This document shows, in pieces, positions 1-8,232 of a stretch of 25,239 nucleotides of DNA (within the stretch, counting starts at the first letter, position 1; each line of letters opens with the position of its first letter). Source of the stretch: Bdellovibrio sp. (GTDB taxonomy: Bacteria > Bdellovibrionota > Bdellovibrionia > Bdellovibrionales > Bdellovibrionaceae); the NCBI GenBank assembly GCA_046318155.1, contig JBKCUU010000053.1:1-25239 (forward strand). Direction: 5' to 3'. The notes beneath the pieces were generated by a model. That model was not told the DNA's origin. It saw only the letters and a list, made by a program, of their open reading frames with translations, and made no database searches. Both the position numbers and the translations under genes were made by a program.

Positions 1-282
1 GATCACGCCGACGCCATGAGGACCGTAGCCTTCGTACACAACTTCTTCGATGAGGGCGCCTTCAAGAAGACCCGCTCCTTTTTTGATCGCGCGGTCGATG
101 GTGTCATTCGGACAAGACTGTTTTTTGGCGGCCTCAACGGCCATTCGAAGGCGCGCGTTGTAGGCCGGGTCCGCTCCGCCCATTTTGGCGGCGACTTGAA
201 TTTCACGGGCGAGCTTGGTGTAGATCGCCCCTTTTTTGGCCGCATTGGCCGCTTTCGCTGGATTTTTCCAAGATTTTCCCAT
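1..282 (-). CDS. yebC: YebC/PmpR family protein, partial (3' end runs off the window)
   Basis: Not in the ORF track. Manual minus-strand translation from ATG at 282: [71 protein letters not shown]...[16 protein letters not shown], containing the GGxDP..N..L, IxRAIKKG and YEGYGP hallmarks. Confidence 0.93.
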   Translation of the reverse strand, partial: MGKSWKNPAKAANAAKKGAIYTKLAREIQVAAKMGGADPAYNARLRMAVEAAKKQSCPNDTIDRAIKKGAGLLEGALIEEVVYEGYGPHGVGVI

Positions 283-309
283 AACTGAAGATGTTGGCGA
301 AAAGGGTCT

Positions 310-1170
310 ATGGAATCAAGATCTAGGACACAGCCGCAAGGCAGCTTTTTGGATGTCGGCCCGGCCTGGGACAAACTGGCCCGGGTCAAGATGGATATCA
401 ATGAGGCGCTGCAGGGCCGGCCGGCATTTATTCCCTTAGTTCCGGCGCGGGATGCTCAAATCTTAAGCCCCAAAAACTTCCCCGATAAAAAAGGACTGGC
501 CAGTCCTGAGGGGCAAGCCCGCATGCTGCATGATTTGGCCAGCATCGAGCTCCAAGCTCTGGAGCTGGGTCTTCGAACACTGATTGAGTTTCCTGAGGCC
601 CCGGTTAGATTTCGTGAAGAGCTTGCCACTGTCACGATTGGGGAGGCGGATCATTTTCGACTTTGCCTGGAGGCGCTTGAAGATTTGGGTTTTCAATGGG
701 GTCGCTGGCCGATTCATACCAATCTTTGGTGCGCCGTTGATGCTCAAGACTCCCTCCTGGATCGCATTCTCATCGTTCACAGGTATCTTGAGGGCAGCGG
801 GCTTGATGCCGGAGAAACCCTTTTACGGCGATTAGCGGGAGTTCCCGAGGGGCCTGGTCATAAGGTCGTGGGGCAAATTGTTCGTGAAGAAATTGGCCAT
901 GTCGAATTCGGCTCCCGCTGGTACCGCGAGGTCTGTGCCTTAGAAAAACGTGAGGCGAGTCAAGATTTTGAAACTCGCTATGCTTCGATCAAAGAGAGGC
1001 TGCCAAAGCGGATCGAGAAGATGTCGCATGAACTTCGGCGCCGAGCCGGGTTTACCGAAGGCGAGATTTTCTTTCTTGAAAGCGAGAGGGTGAAGGTTTC
1101 GAAGTTTCGGGGGGGCCGCCGCGGCGAGGACTCTGGGGTGTCGATCGACGATCTGCTGGCTGCTTTCTAA
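310..1170 (+). CDS. DUF455 family ferritin-like (di-iron) protein
   Basis: [37 protein letters not shown] and R.RAGF motifs typical of DUF455; start codon uncertain (could be somewhat downstream). Confidence 0.85.
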   Translation: MESRSRTQPQGSFLDVGPAWDKLARVKMDINEALQGRPAFIPLVPARDAQILSPKNFPDKKGLASPEGQARMLHDLASIELQALELGLRTLIEFPEAPVRFREELATVTIGEADHFRLCLEALEDLGFQWGRWPIHTNLWCAVDAQDSLLDRILIVHRYLEGSGLDAGETLLRRLAGVPEGPGHKVVGQIVREEIGHVEFGSRWYREVCALEKREASQDFETRYASIKERLPKRIEKMSHELRRRAGFTEGEIFFLESERVKVSKFRGGRRGEDSGVSIDDLLAAF

Positions 1171-1918
1171 ATGTTGTCTTGATAAAAGATTCACCTTTAT
1201 CAAGGTAGCGCCACTTACCCTCGGGCAATTTTCCAAGGCGAACCTCGCCAACACGCACACGTTTGAGGCCCAAGACTCGAAGACCCACGGCTTCGCACAT
1301 GCGGCGAACCTGCCGCTTTTTGCCTTCTTTAAGCACAAAGCGAAGTTGATCTTCGTTGGCCCAGTCCACCGCAGCGGGTTTGAGCTTTTGCCCATCAAGC
1401 TCAAGTCCAAATCGCAGCAAATTCAAATCATGCTGATCCAGGTGACCATCAACACGCACGAGATACTCTTTTTCGACCTCGGTATTCTCGCCAATCAGTT
1501 GTTTTGCGATCGTGCCGTCTTGAGTGAAAATCAAGAGACCTTGCGAGTCGATATCAAGTCGGCCGGCAACGGCGAGGCCCGTGAGTTTGCGAGGTTCAGT
1601 GTCAAGCGTGCGGGGATCACCATCATAGTTTTCGGCGGTCAAAAGCACGATGGCCGGTTCATAATCTTTTTCGGGCTGGGCTGATACGTAGCCAATCGGT
1701 TTATTGAGAAGAACGGTGACTTGCGAAGCTAAGTCTTCTTTAGCGGCCTCCGACAACTCAATGCTGCAATCAGGGGGCACCTTGATTCCTAATTCTTTCA
1801 CTCTGAGGCCGTCGACGTAAACCTGACCCGCCGCGATCAATTCGTCGGCTTCTCGGCGCGAGCAAATGCCACGCTCGGCCATAATTTTAGAAAGTCGGAC
1901 CAAAGGTTTTGATTCCAT
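1052..1918 (-). CDS. rRNA pseudouridine synthase, RsuA/RluB/RluE/RluF family with N-terminal S4 domain
   Basis: S4 motif [25 protein letters not shown], catalytic [29 protein letters not shown]. Confidence 0.93.
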   Translation of the reverse strand: MESKPLVRLSKIMAERGICSRREADELIAAGQVYVDGLRVKELGIKVPPDCSIELSEAAKEDLASQVTVLLNKPIGYVSAQPEKDYEPAIVLLTAENYDGDPRTLDTEPRKLTGLAVAGRLDIDSQGLLIFTQDGTIAKQLIGENTEVEKEYLVRVDGHLDQHDLNLLRFGLELDGQKLKPAAVDWANEDQLRFVLKEGKKRQVRRMCEAVGLRVLGLKRVRVGEVRLGKLPEGKWRYLDKGESFIKTTFRKQPADRRSTPQSPRRGGPPETSKPSPSRFQERKSRLR

Positions 1919-1958
1919 AAAGGCGCTCAGCCTATCCTAGGGGCTTGGAGGATTCAAA

Positions 1959-2657
1959 ATGAAAACAGCTAACCTAACTCTGGTGTCCCTTCTTATGGTC
2001 TCAATTGCAAGCTGGGCTGACTACAGGGCCGACGTTTTTGAGCAAGGGTCAGGAAAATCGAAAAAACTTTACACCTTTGAGCATAAATCCACACCCGCTG
2101 AGGACGGTGAGAAAACGGTCGCGGTGTTTAAGGATCTCGAGGGCAATGTCGTTTTTGAAGAAAAAGTTACCTTGAGAGGGACCGAATTGGTGAAATCAGA
2201 AATCAGCCAAAACCAAACCAAACAGTCCGCTGTTGTTGAAGTGAAAGAGGGAAAAGTTTTTTTCTCAAAGACAATCGACGGAAAGACAAAAACCTCGGAA
2301 GAGAAGCTCGGCAACACTTTTGTCATGACCGGAAATTTTCAAAAGTTTATCCAAAAAAACTGGGCTGACTGATCAGCGGGTAATACGATTGATTTTCGCT
2401 ACGGAGTTTGGGACCGCCAAGAAACTGTTGGCTTTGGTTTGACCAAAACGGGCGAGGAAGATGTCAGTGGGCAAAAAGCCCTGGTCTTGCGTATGAAGCC
2501 TTCGAGCTTCATCATCGCCGCCTTGGTCAAGCCCATCATTTTTAAGTACGCGAGCGATGGTTCGCGTTTGCTCGAAATGAATGGCCGAGTCGCTCCCAAG
2601 CAGAAATCCGGAGATTCTTTTAAAGATCTCGACGCTGAAGTTGTTTATTTTTACTAG
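1959..2657 (+). pseudogene. Secreted hypothetical protein interrupted by a single in-frame TGA (2370-2372); pseudogene or sequencing error
   Basis: RBS GGAGG before ATG 1959 and a signal peptide. ORFs 1959..2372 and 2439..2657 are in the same frame with no other stop: ...FIQKNWAD*SAGNTIDFRYGVWDRQETVGFGLTK...MKPSSFIIAALVKP...DLDAEVVYFY. Confidence 0.75.
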
Positions 2658-3070
2658 GACACGCCCTCAGTTGTCTGAGCCCCGAGCCAGGGGCATTCAA
2701 AAAGGGTGAGTTCGAGTTGTAGGTTCGGCTCGCCCATTTGAGTCTTTAAGAAATTGGAACAGTACAAAACTAAATTCTCAGTCGTGGGGACTTGCGTGGA
2801 AAACTCGGGGATTGCAAAATTGAGATGCTGATGATCCAACTGTTCACGTAAATTCGCTGCTGCCGTCTTAAGTTTCGCGAAAGAATCCAATTCTGTGGTC
2901 TCGATCCAAAGTTCATAGTCGTGCCCGTGCCCGTGCTCAGAAAAACACTTGCCAAAGACAGCTTGGTTTTTCGCCGAGTCCCAGCTGGTCTGGTGGTACA
3001 GGTGCGCGCACGAAAATCGCACGCGCAGACCGCGAGTCGCTACCAAAGGGGACTGATTTTCGTTTGTCAT
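2654..3070 (-). CDS. 6-pyruvoyl-tetrahydropterin synthase / 6-carboxytetrahydropterin synthase family (COG0720), PTPS-II-like
   Basis: FSCAH, NQAVFGKCFSEHGHGHDY, LDHQHLN, PTTENL motifs; start overlaps the SDR stop (ATGA). Confidence 0.88.
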   Translation of the reverse strand: MTNENQSPLVATRGLRVRFSCAHLYHQTSWDSAKNQAVFGKCFSEHGHGHDYELWIETTELDSFAKLKTAAANLREQLDHQHLNFAIPEFSTQVPTTENLVLYCSNFLKTQMGEPNLQLELTLFECPWLGAQTTEGVS

Positions 3071-3819
3071 GTGAGATTGATGCCACCGTCAACGCTCAGG
3101 ATGGAGCCGGTGGTCCACTTGGATTTTTGACTGGCCAAGAAAAAGATACTATCCGCAATTTCAGACGCTTCGCCAATTCGGCCCAAAGGCTGCAAATTCT
3201 TGAGCTGTTCTTTGACCTTTTCTTTCTCGGCTGCAGGCAAGAAATGAAAGTCGTGAATGGGTGTATCGACGAGGCCCGGGCAAACGCAGTTCACTCGAAT
3301 TTGTTGTGGCGCCAATTCAACAGCCAAACTTGTTGTCCAGTGAACCATGGCCGCTTTGCTGGCGCCATAAGCCGAAGTCCCCACAGCCGGGCGCAGAGCC
3401 AGGGTTGTTGCGATATTCACGATGCTTGAGGGTGCGTGCTGGGCGAGGAGAGGGACCAGCCGCTCCGTCAACCGTGCGGGTCCCAAGATGTTGACGCGAA
3501 ATTGAGATTCCCAAAAGTCGGCACGTTGTTCGCTGGCTTTTTGTCGGTGAAAGATGCCGGCATTATTAATCAAGGTCTGCAATTTGAGGCCTTGAAACTT
3601 CACGCGGTCTTCAAGGTTTTTACAAACCAGGTCCACGTCTTCAGAATTGCCGAGATCGCCGACCAGAATTGAATCTTTTTGTCCCAGTTCCTTTTCGATC
3701 AGCTCGAGATCCTTGAGGTTTCGGCCGTGCAAAAAAACAAAGTAACCCTCTTTGCGAAAAAGACGGGCGGCCGCGGCTCCGATACCTTTACTTGATCCAG
3801 TTATGAGGACAGCTTTCAT
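3067..3819 (-). CDS. SDR family NAD(P)-dependent oxidoreductase
   Basis: TGSSKGIG, NNAG, catalytic YGASK, VNCVCPG, C-terminal TGSILSVDGG. Confidence 0.95.
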   Translation of the reverse strand: MKAVLITGSSKGIGAAAARLFRKEGYFVFLHGRNLKDLELIEKELGQKDSILVGDLGNSEDVDLVCKNLEDRVKFQGLKLQTLINNAGIFHRQKASEQRADFWESQFRVNILGPARLTERLVPLLAQHAPSSIVNIATTLALRPAVGTSAYGASKAAMVHWTTSLAVELAPQQIRVNCVCPGLVDTPIHDFHFLPAAEKEKVKEQLKNLQPLGRIGEASEIADSIFFLASQKSKWTTGSILSVDGGINLT

Positions 3820-3825
3820 GGGTCC

Positions 3826-3854
3826 AGTCTGGGAGTATTAAGTCCGACGGTCAA
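3826..3854 (-). promoter_or_regulatory. Putative sigma-70 promoter giving a leaderless SDR-PTPS transcript
   Basis: Minus strand TTGACC-N17-CAGACT, then 6 nt to the ATG; no Shine-Dalgarno sequence. Confidence 0.45.
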
Positions 3855-3882
3855 GAGACCGATCAGTCGTTATGACTTTGAC

Positions 3883-3930
3883 TCAACTCGGAATCAGAAG
3901 TTTTCTTATGAGCTTTGTGATTTTTGTCAT
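3883..3930 (-). CDS. Putative 15-aa cationic amphipathic micropeptide MTKITKLIRKLLIPS
   Basis: RBS GAGGAG (3937-3942) 6 nt before ATG 3930; TGA at 3883-3885. Confidence 0.4.
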   Translation of the reverse strand: MTKITKLIRKLLIPS

Positions 3931-4043
3931 TTTTTTCTCCTCTTGATTGATGTTGATGAGATCTCGAGCAGATCAATCTTCGCTTGCATTTCTAAATGTG
4001 GATTTCGATAGACTGGGCACGATTGTGCTATCGGGCCAAAAGG

Positions 4044-4076
4044 GAAAAACCCAAGTTGAATCAACTTGGGTTTTTC
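4044..4076 (-). terminator. Rho-independent terminator (possibly bidirectional)
   Basis: Perfect 16-bp inverted repeat GAAAAACCCAAGTTGA-A-TCAACTTGGGTTTTTC with U-tracts on both strands, ~80 nt downstream of the 4157 stop. Confidence 0.8.
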
Positions 4077-4156
4077 AGCAGGGCACCCGTTTTTAGACGG
4101 GTGATTTAGCGACTCCATCAAATTTCCATCAGCTTCCCTGATGGATGATTCCGCGC

Positions 4157-4411
4157 TTAAGCGGCGCGGTTTTTACGGTTCATGTAGGCGTGGTACTTCT
4201 TGTCGAAGTCCTTTGCCCGGTAGCCTTCCATGGTGATCAATCCTTCTTTGAACCAGGTGTAGTGCTCGGAACAAAAGCCCGCGCGCTCGGGTTTCTTTTT
4301 GCAGGCTTCGGCCGTGCATTTGTGAGCTTGAAGAGCCACCACATTGCTGGGTGCCTGTTTCTCGGGTGAAGGTGCATTCTTTGATTTATTCTCGGATTTA
4401 TTCTCGGCCAC
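4157..4411 (-). CDS. Small basic protein with C-x4-C-x9-C-x2-H putative zinc-binding motif (84 aa)
   Basis: GTG start at 4411 with AGGAGG (4418-4423) 6 nt upstream; CTAEACKKKPERAGFCSEH motif; followed by a terminator. Confidence 0.8.
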   Translation of the reverse strand: MAENKSENKSKNAPSPEKQAPSNVVALQAHKCTAEACKKKPERAGFCSEHYTWFKEGLITMEGYRAKDFDKKYHAYMNRKNRAA

Positions 4412-4448
4412 TTGATTCCTCCTGTAGGACAATAGGCTAGTAGGACTC

Positions 4449-4476
4449 TCTTCGGCAGGACTTCTGGCGAGCCTGA
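4449..4476 (-). promoter_or_regulatory. Putative sigma-28 (FliA) promoter
   Basis: Minus strand TCAG-N16-GCCGAAGA versus consensus TAAA-N15-GCCGATAA, 37 nt upstream of the GTG. Confidence 0.5.
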
Positions 4477-4566
4477 ATAAAAGTTTGCAGCCGATTCCGG
4501 CTCAAGTGCGAATCTCGTTTTGAGACAAGATTTTGTTTGAAAGTTCGACGTTTTCCTCGCAGATGC

Positions 4567-6111
4567 TTACCTGATTAAGGCAGGGGCGGCCTTTAAATGC
4601 AATTGCGAAAGATCCAGGTGATTCAGATTGTTCAGCTGAACGCCTTCCCAGTTTGGTTTAACAAGAAGCGAGAAATAGATAGGACCTGTCGGAATCAGAT
4701 AAGCCTTATCACGTAAGGCAAGAACTCCATCGCGGCAGAGTTTTGCCTTGGATTTCTTAGAATTCTGTTTTTTGAGGGCATCGATGAGTTGATCAAAGTC
4801 CGGGTCCTGAAATTTGACGTAGTTTTCGGGATGATCGGAGCGAAAGTTTTCGAGGACCGCGAGGCAGCTCGCGCGGTCGGGAGCAAGCCCTTTGCGAAAA
4901 ATAGAAATTTTACCTGCGCGCAAAGTCTCGACAAAAATTTTGTTTTCTTGAGCTTCGATATGAACTTCGAGGCTCAAGTTCTTCTTCCACTGGTCTTGCA
5001 GGAATTCCATGGTGCGATCATGGTCGTCGCCGCCCTGTTTTGAATAAAAAAGTCTGAGCCCCAGAGCGGCCCCAGCGGGCTTCAGGGTCTTGAGCGTTGC
5101 TTTGGCCTCGCTGGGCTTAAAGTCCCAGCAGATGGGGCCGTCAGTCCAAGCAGCTGGCAGTCCAAAACATCCCGGGCGAGGCGCCGCAAAGTAAAGCTGG
5201 CGCCAGGCTTCGTAGTCGATCGACTGAGCCAGAGCCTTTGCTAGTTTGGGTTTTCGATCATCAGGACTGAGCAAGAGAGAGTCAAAGCGAATTTGCTGAA
5301 TCGATCGGTAATCGGGTTTGTCCTTCCAGGCCGGGATATAGAGAGTAGGAAGCCGGCGTAAAAAATCGAGATCATTTTTTTGATAGTACTGAAGAGCCAG
5401 GCTGTCTTCAGTCACAAACAAAAATTGCAATGGCGGACGGTCCGCATGGCCACGATTAAAGTGAGGGTTGGGGGCCAAAAGGATCGATTTTCCAGAGCTC
5501 CAGCTCGAGATTTGGTAGGGACCACAGGACTTAAAATTTTGCCAAGCCGGAAGAATCGGAATGTCAGGCGTTGCAACGGCTGTCAGAAGAGGATTTGCGA
5601 GTCTCAGTAAAAACTCGGGATCTGGGTTTTCGAGCTCAATTGTCAGTTTGTTCTGATCCGCCTTGATTCCGAGGCTCGAGAGTGGTTTTTCTTTTTTGAG
5701 AATGCTGCCCGCATTCTTGATCGACAAAAGAAGCTCGGCCCGAGGCGAGGGTTTGTCGGGATTAACAAACTGCTGAAAGCTCTGTTGATAATGAAGAGCC
5801 GTGACGGGGGATCCATCCTGAAATTTCAGCGCGGGGTCAATCTGACATTCGACAAGCAAGAATTGTTTCTGAAACCGGCACGAGGCTCCAGCCTCTACGG
5901 TTTGAGTGCCGGTCCATTTCAGCAAGGGACAGCTCATCTGTGACAAGAAGTAGCTGCTATTTGAGTTGCGTTGGAGAAAGGGTGAGAGCGTTGTGGGTTC
6001 GGCAAAAAGATGCAGTTTGAAGGTGCTCTTTGACAAAGGCTGTGCCGCCCCCACTCGTGCTGCGGCCAGGCCCACCAGAGCACTTGCAAGAAAAGCGGCG
6101 CCTCGGTTCAC
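4567..6111 (-). CDS. Peptide ABC transporter substrate-binding protein (OppA/family 5)
   Basis: Signal peptide; EPTTLSP, KFQDGSPVTA, LTIELENPDPEFL, SCGPYQISSW, PNPHF motifs; GTG start overlaps the upstream stop. Confidence 0.88.
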   Translation of the reverse strand: MNRGAAFLASALVGLAAARVGAAQPLSKSTFKLHLFAEPTTLSPFLQRNSNSSYFLSQMSCPLLKWTGTQTVEAGASCRFQKQFLLVECQIDPALKFQDGSPVTALHYQQSFQQFVNPDKPSPRAELLLSIKNAGSILKKEKPLSSLGIKADQNKLTIELENPDPEFLLRLANPLLTAVATPDIPILPAWQNFKSCGPYQISSWSSGKSILLAPNPHFNRGHADRPPLQFLFVTEDSLALQYYQKNDLDFLRRLPTLYIPAWKDKPDYRSIQQIRFDSLLLSPDDRKPKLAKALAQSIDYEAWRQLYFAAPRPGCFGLPAAWTDGPICWDFKPSEAKATLKTLKPAGAALGLRLFYSKQGGDDHDRTMEFLQDQWKKNLSLEVHIEAQENKIFVETLRAGKISIFRKGLAPDRASCLAVLENFRSDHPENYVKFQDPDFDQLIDALKKQNSKKSKAKLCRDGVLALRDKAYLIPTGPIYFSLLVKPNWEGVQLNNLNHLDLSQLHLKAAPALIR

Positions 6112-7277
6112 TTGCTGGCATCCATTTCCATCTTGGCGATGGTTTGAAGCTGCATATTGCTGGTTCCCTCGTAGATTTGCCCAATCTTGGCATCGCGCCA
6201 GAATTTCTCGACCGGGTATTCTTTTGTGAAGCCGTTCCCACCAAAAAGATCAATCGAGCGCGAAGTGATTTTTTCGGCCGCCTTTGAAGCATAAAGCTTA
6301 GCCATAGCTGCGGACTCAATAAAATCAACGCCCGCATCTTTCAGGCGAGCGGCGTTGTAAACCATGAGGCGGGCGGCCTCAAGTTCAACGCGCATTTCGG
6401 CCAATTGAAATTGCACGCCTTGAAACTGCCCAATCGTTTTTCCGAATTGCTCGCGGGTTTGCACGTACTTGAGTGCCGCGTCGTAAGCGCCTTGCGCGAT
6501 TCCCAACATTTGGGCGCCGATGCCGATGCGGCCTTCGTTCAATGTTTCAATGGCAATTTTGTAGCCTTTGCCAGGCTCGCCCAAAACATTGGCAGCGGGA
6601 ACCTCGCAATTTTCGAACAAGAGTTCGCAAGTTGAAGAGGCGCGGATGCCCAGCTTGTCCTCTTTTTTGCCGACCTTAAATCCGGCAAAATCTTTTTCAA
6701 CGAGAAACGCGGTGATGCCTTTGTATCCTTTTGAAGGGTCCATATTCGCGAACACGATAAAGAGTGAGGCTTCTCTGGCGTTGGTGATCCAAAGTTTATT
6801 GCCGTTCAAAACGTACTTATCTCCTTTATGATCGGCGCGAAGTTTGAGGGCAAAGGCATCCGAGCCTGATCCAGACTCTGACAGAGCGTAAGCGCCAACC
6901 CAGTCTTTAGACATTTTGGTGAGGTACTTTTCTTTTTGTGCGTCTGTGCCCCAACGCAAAAGGGCGTTCGTGACGAGCGTGTTTTGCACGTCCATCAAAA
7001 CCGAAACTGAGCCATCGATCCGGGCAATTTCTTCGACGGCGAGGCAGGCCATGGTAAAGCTGCTGCCGGCTCCGCCATATTTTTCGGGGCTTTCGATTCC
7101 CATCAAACCCATCTCGAACAGTTTCTTGACGATGCCTGGATCCATCTCCGCTTTTTCGTCCATATGAACGGTGTGCGGTTTAATTTCATTCTCGGCAAAA
7201 TCACGGACAGCTTCACGAAAAGCTTGTTCGTCATCGCTCAGAATCGTCAGCGCGGGTCGGGCGGCGTCTAGTGACAT
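6108..7277 (-). CDS. Acyl-CoA dehydrogenase (short/branched-chain-like)
   Basis: ALSESGSGSDA, NGNKLWITN, KLGIRASSTC, LNEGRIGIGAQ, REQFG, GGNGF, IYEGTSNMQ. Confidence 0.96.
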   Translation of the reverse strand: MSLDAARPALTILSDDEQAFREAVRDFAENEIKPHTVHMDEKAEMDPGIVKKLFEMGLMGIESPEKYGGAGSSFTMACLAVEEIARIDGSVSVLMDVQNTLVTNALLRWGTDAQKEKYLTKMSKDWVGAYALSESGSGSDAFALKLRADHKGDKYVLNGNKLWITNAREASLFIVFANMDPSKGYKGITAFLVEKDFAGFKVGKKEDKLGIRASSTCELLFENCEVPAANVLGEPGKGYKIAIETLNEGRIGIGAQMLGIAQGAYDAALKYVQTREQFGKTIGQFQGVQFQLAEMRVELEAARLMVYNAARLKDAGVDFIESAAMAKLYASKAAEKITSRSIDLFGGNGFTKEYPVEKFWRDAKIGQIYEGTSNMQLQTIAKMEMDASK

Positions 7278-7460
7278 TCAAGAGGTCCTTTCTGATTGGG
7301 TCATGTCGCTCGTGTCATCTTAGGCGTCAACCGGGGGCGACGCAAGGCTGCCCTCGCGACAATTGTTGCTCAATGACAAAGCGCAAAAGACAAAGCCACG
7401 AGCCTTGGCCCCAAGAGTTTCGCTCGACTTCGTGAGTGGCGTTTTGTAGCGTGAGCACAC

Positions 7461-8132
7461 ATGGACTATGTTGAGCTCGCCCGAAATCTTGCCGGTTTTT
7501 TTGTCATCCTACTTTTTTCGCTGTGCTTTCATGAGTTGGCGCATGGACTTGTGGCGAAATGGCGCGGCGACAATACGGCCTTAATGATGGGCCGGATCAC
7601 GATGAATCCCGTCGCTCATATGGATCTGCAGGGGACTGTCATTCTGCCGATGATTACGATTGTTCTCAATTCGATGGGCGCCCACTTGCCTTTGTTTGGC
7701 TGGGCCAAGCCGGTTCCCGTGAACCCACGAAACTTGAAAAATCCCCGAACGGATATGTTCTGGATTGCTCTGGCGGGTCCGGGTTCAAATGTTCTGCTGG
7801 CGCTCGTTGCGACTGTTTTATGGATGGGCGTTGTTAAAAGCATGATGACTTCAGCCTACTTTGGAGCATTGAATACACTCCTGCAGCAATTTATCATCAC
7901 CAATTTGTTTTTAGCTTTTTTCAACATCTTGCCACTGCATCCTCTTGATGGGGGGAAAGTTCTTGCGCGATTTTTGCCAACGGATTTGAATTACAAGTTG
8001 GAACAAAATGAGCACATTTCAAGTATAATCTTGCTCATTTTGCTTGTCGCTGGCGGCTTTCAATGGCTTGCCGTGCCTGTTGTTCATGCATATGAGGTTT
8101 TGATGGCCGCAGCTGCAGGCGTGGTTCGTTAA
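7461..8132 (+). CDS. Site-2 protease family (peptidase M50) membrane metalloprotease
   Basis: HELAH, GWAKPVPVNP, ALAGP, FNILPLHPLDGG; several TM segments. Confidence 0.95.
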   Translation: MDYVELARNLAGFFVILLFSLCFHELAHGLVAKWRGDNTALMMGRITMNPVAHMDLQGTVILPMITIVLNSMGAHLPLFGWAKPVPVNPRNLKNPRTDMFWIALAGPGSNVLLALVATVLWMGVVKSMMTSAYFGALNTLLQQFIITNLFLAFFNILPLHPLDGGKVLARFLPTDLNYKLEQNEHISSIILLILLVAGGFQWLAVPVVHAYEVLMAAAAGVVR

Positions 8133-8232
8133 GGCGGATCTTTCCCTCTTTCTTTCGCGCAGAAAAGAGTAAAAGATTTCTTGAATAATCGAATCCCCCT
8201 TGTTTGAATCAAGCCATTAGTCGTGGGGGAAT

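Noticed and set aside
3..401. ORF-track calls 3..401(-), 16..288(+) and 236..439(+)
   Set aside because: Shadow frames of the real yebC frame (282 to <1), which has clear family motifs.
2370..2400. Selenocysteine or alternative genetic code at the in-frame TGA
   Set aside because: No Cys/redox context, only a weak hairpin, TGA is a genuine stop elsewhere (ATGA overlaps), and Trp is encoded by TGG.
3927..4121. 64-aa minus-strand ORF
   Set aside because: Runs through the terminator and hairpins, has no convincing RBS, and has no protein-like features.
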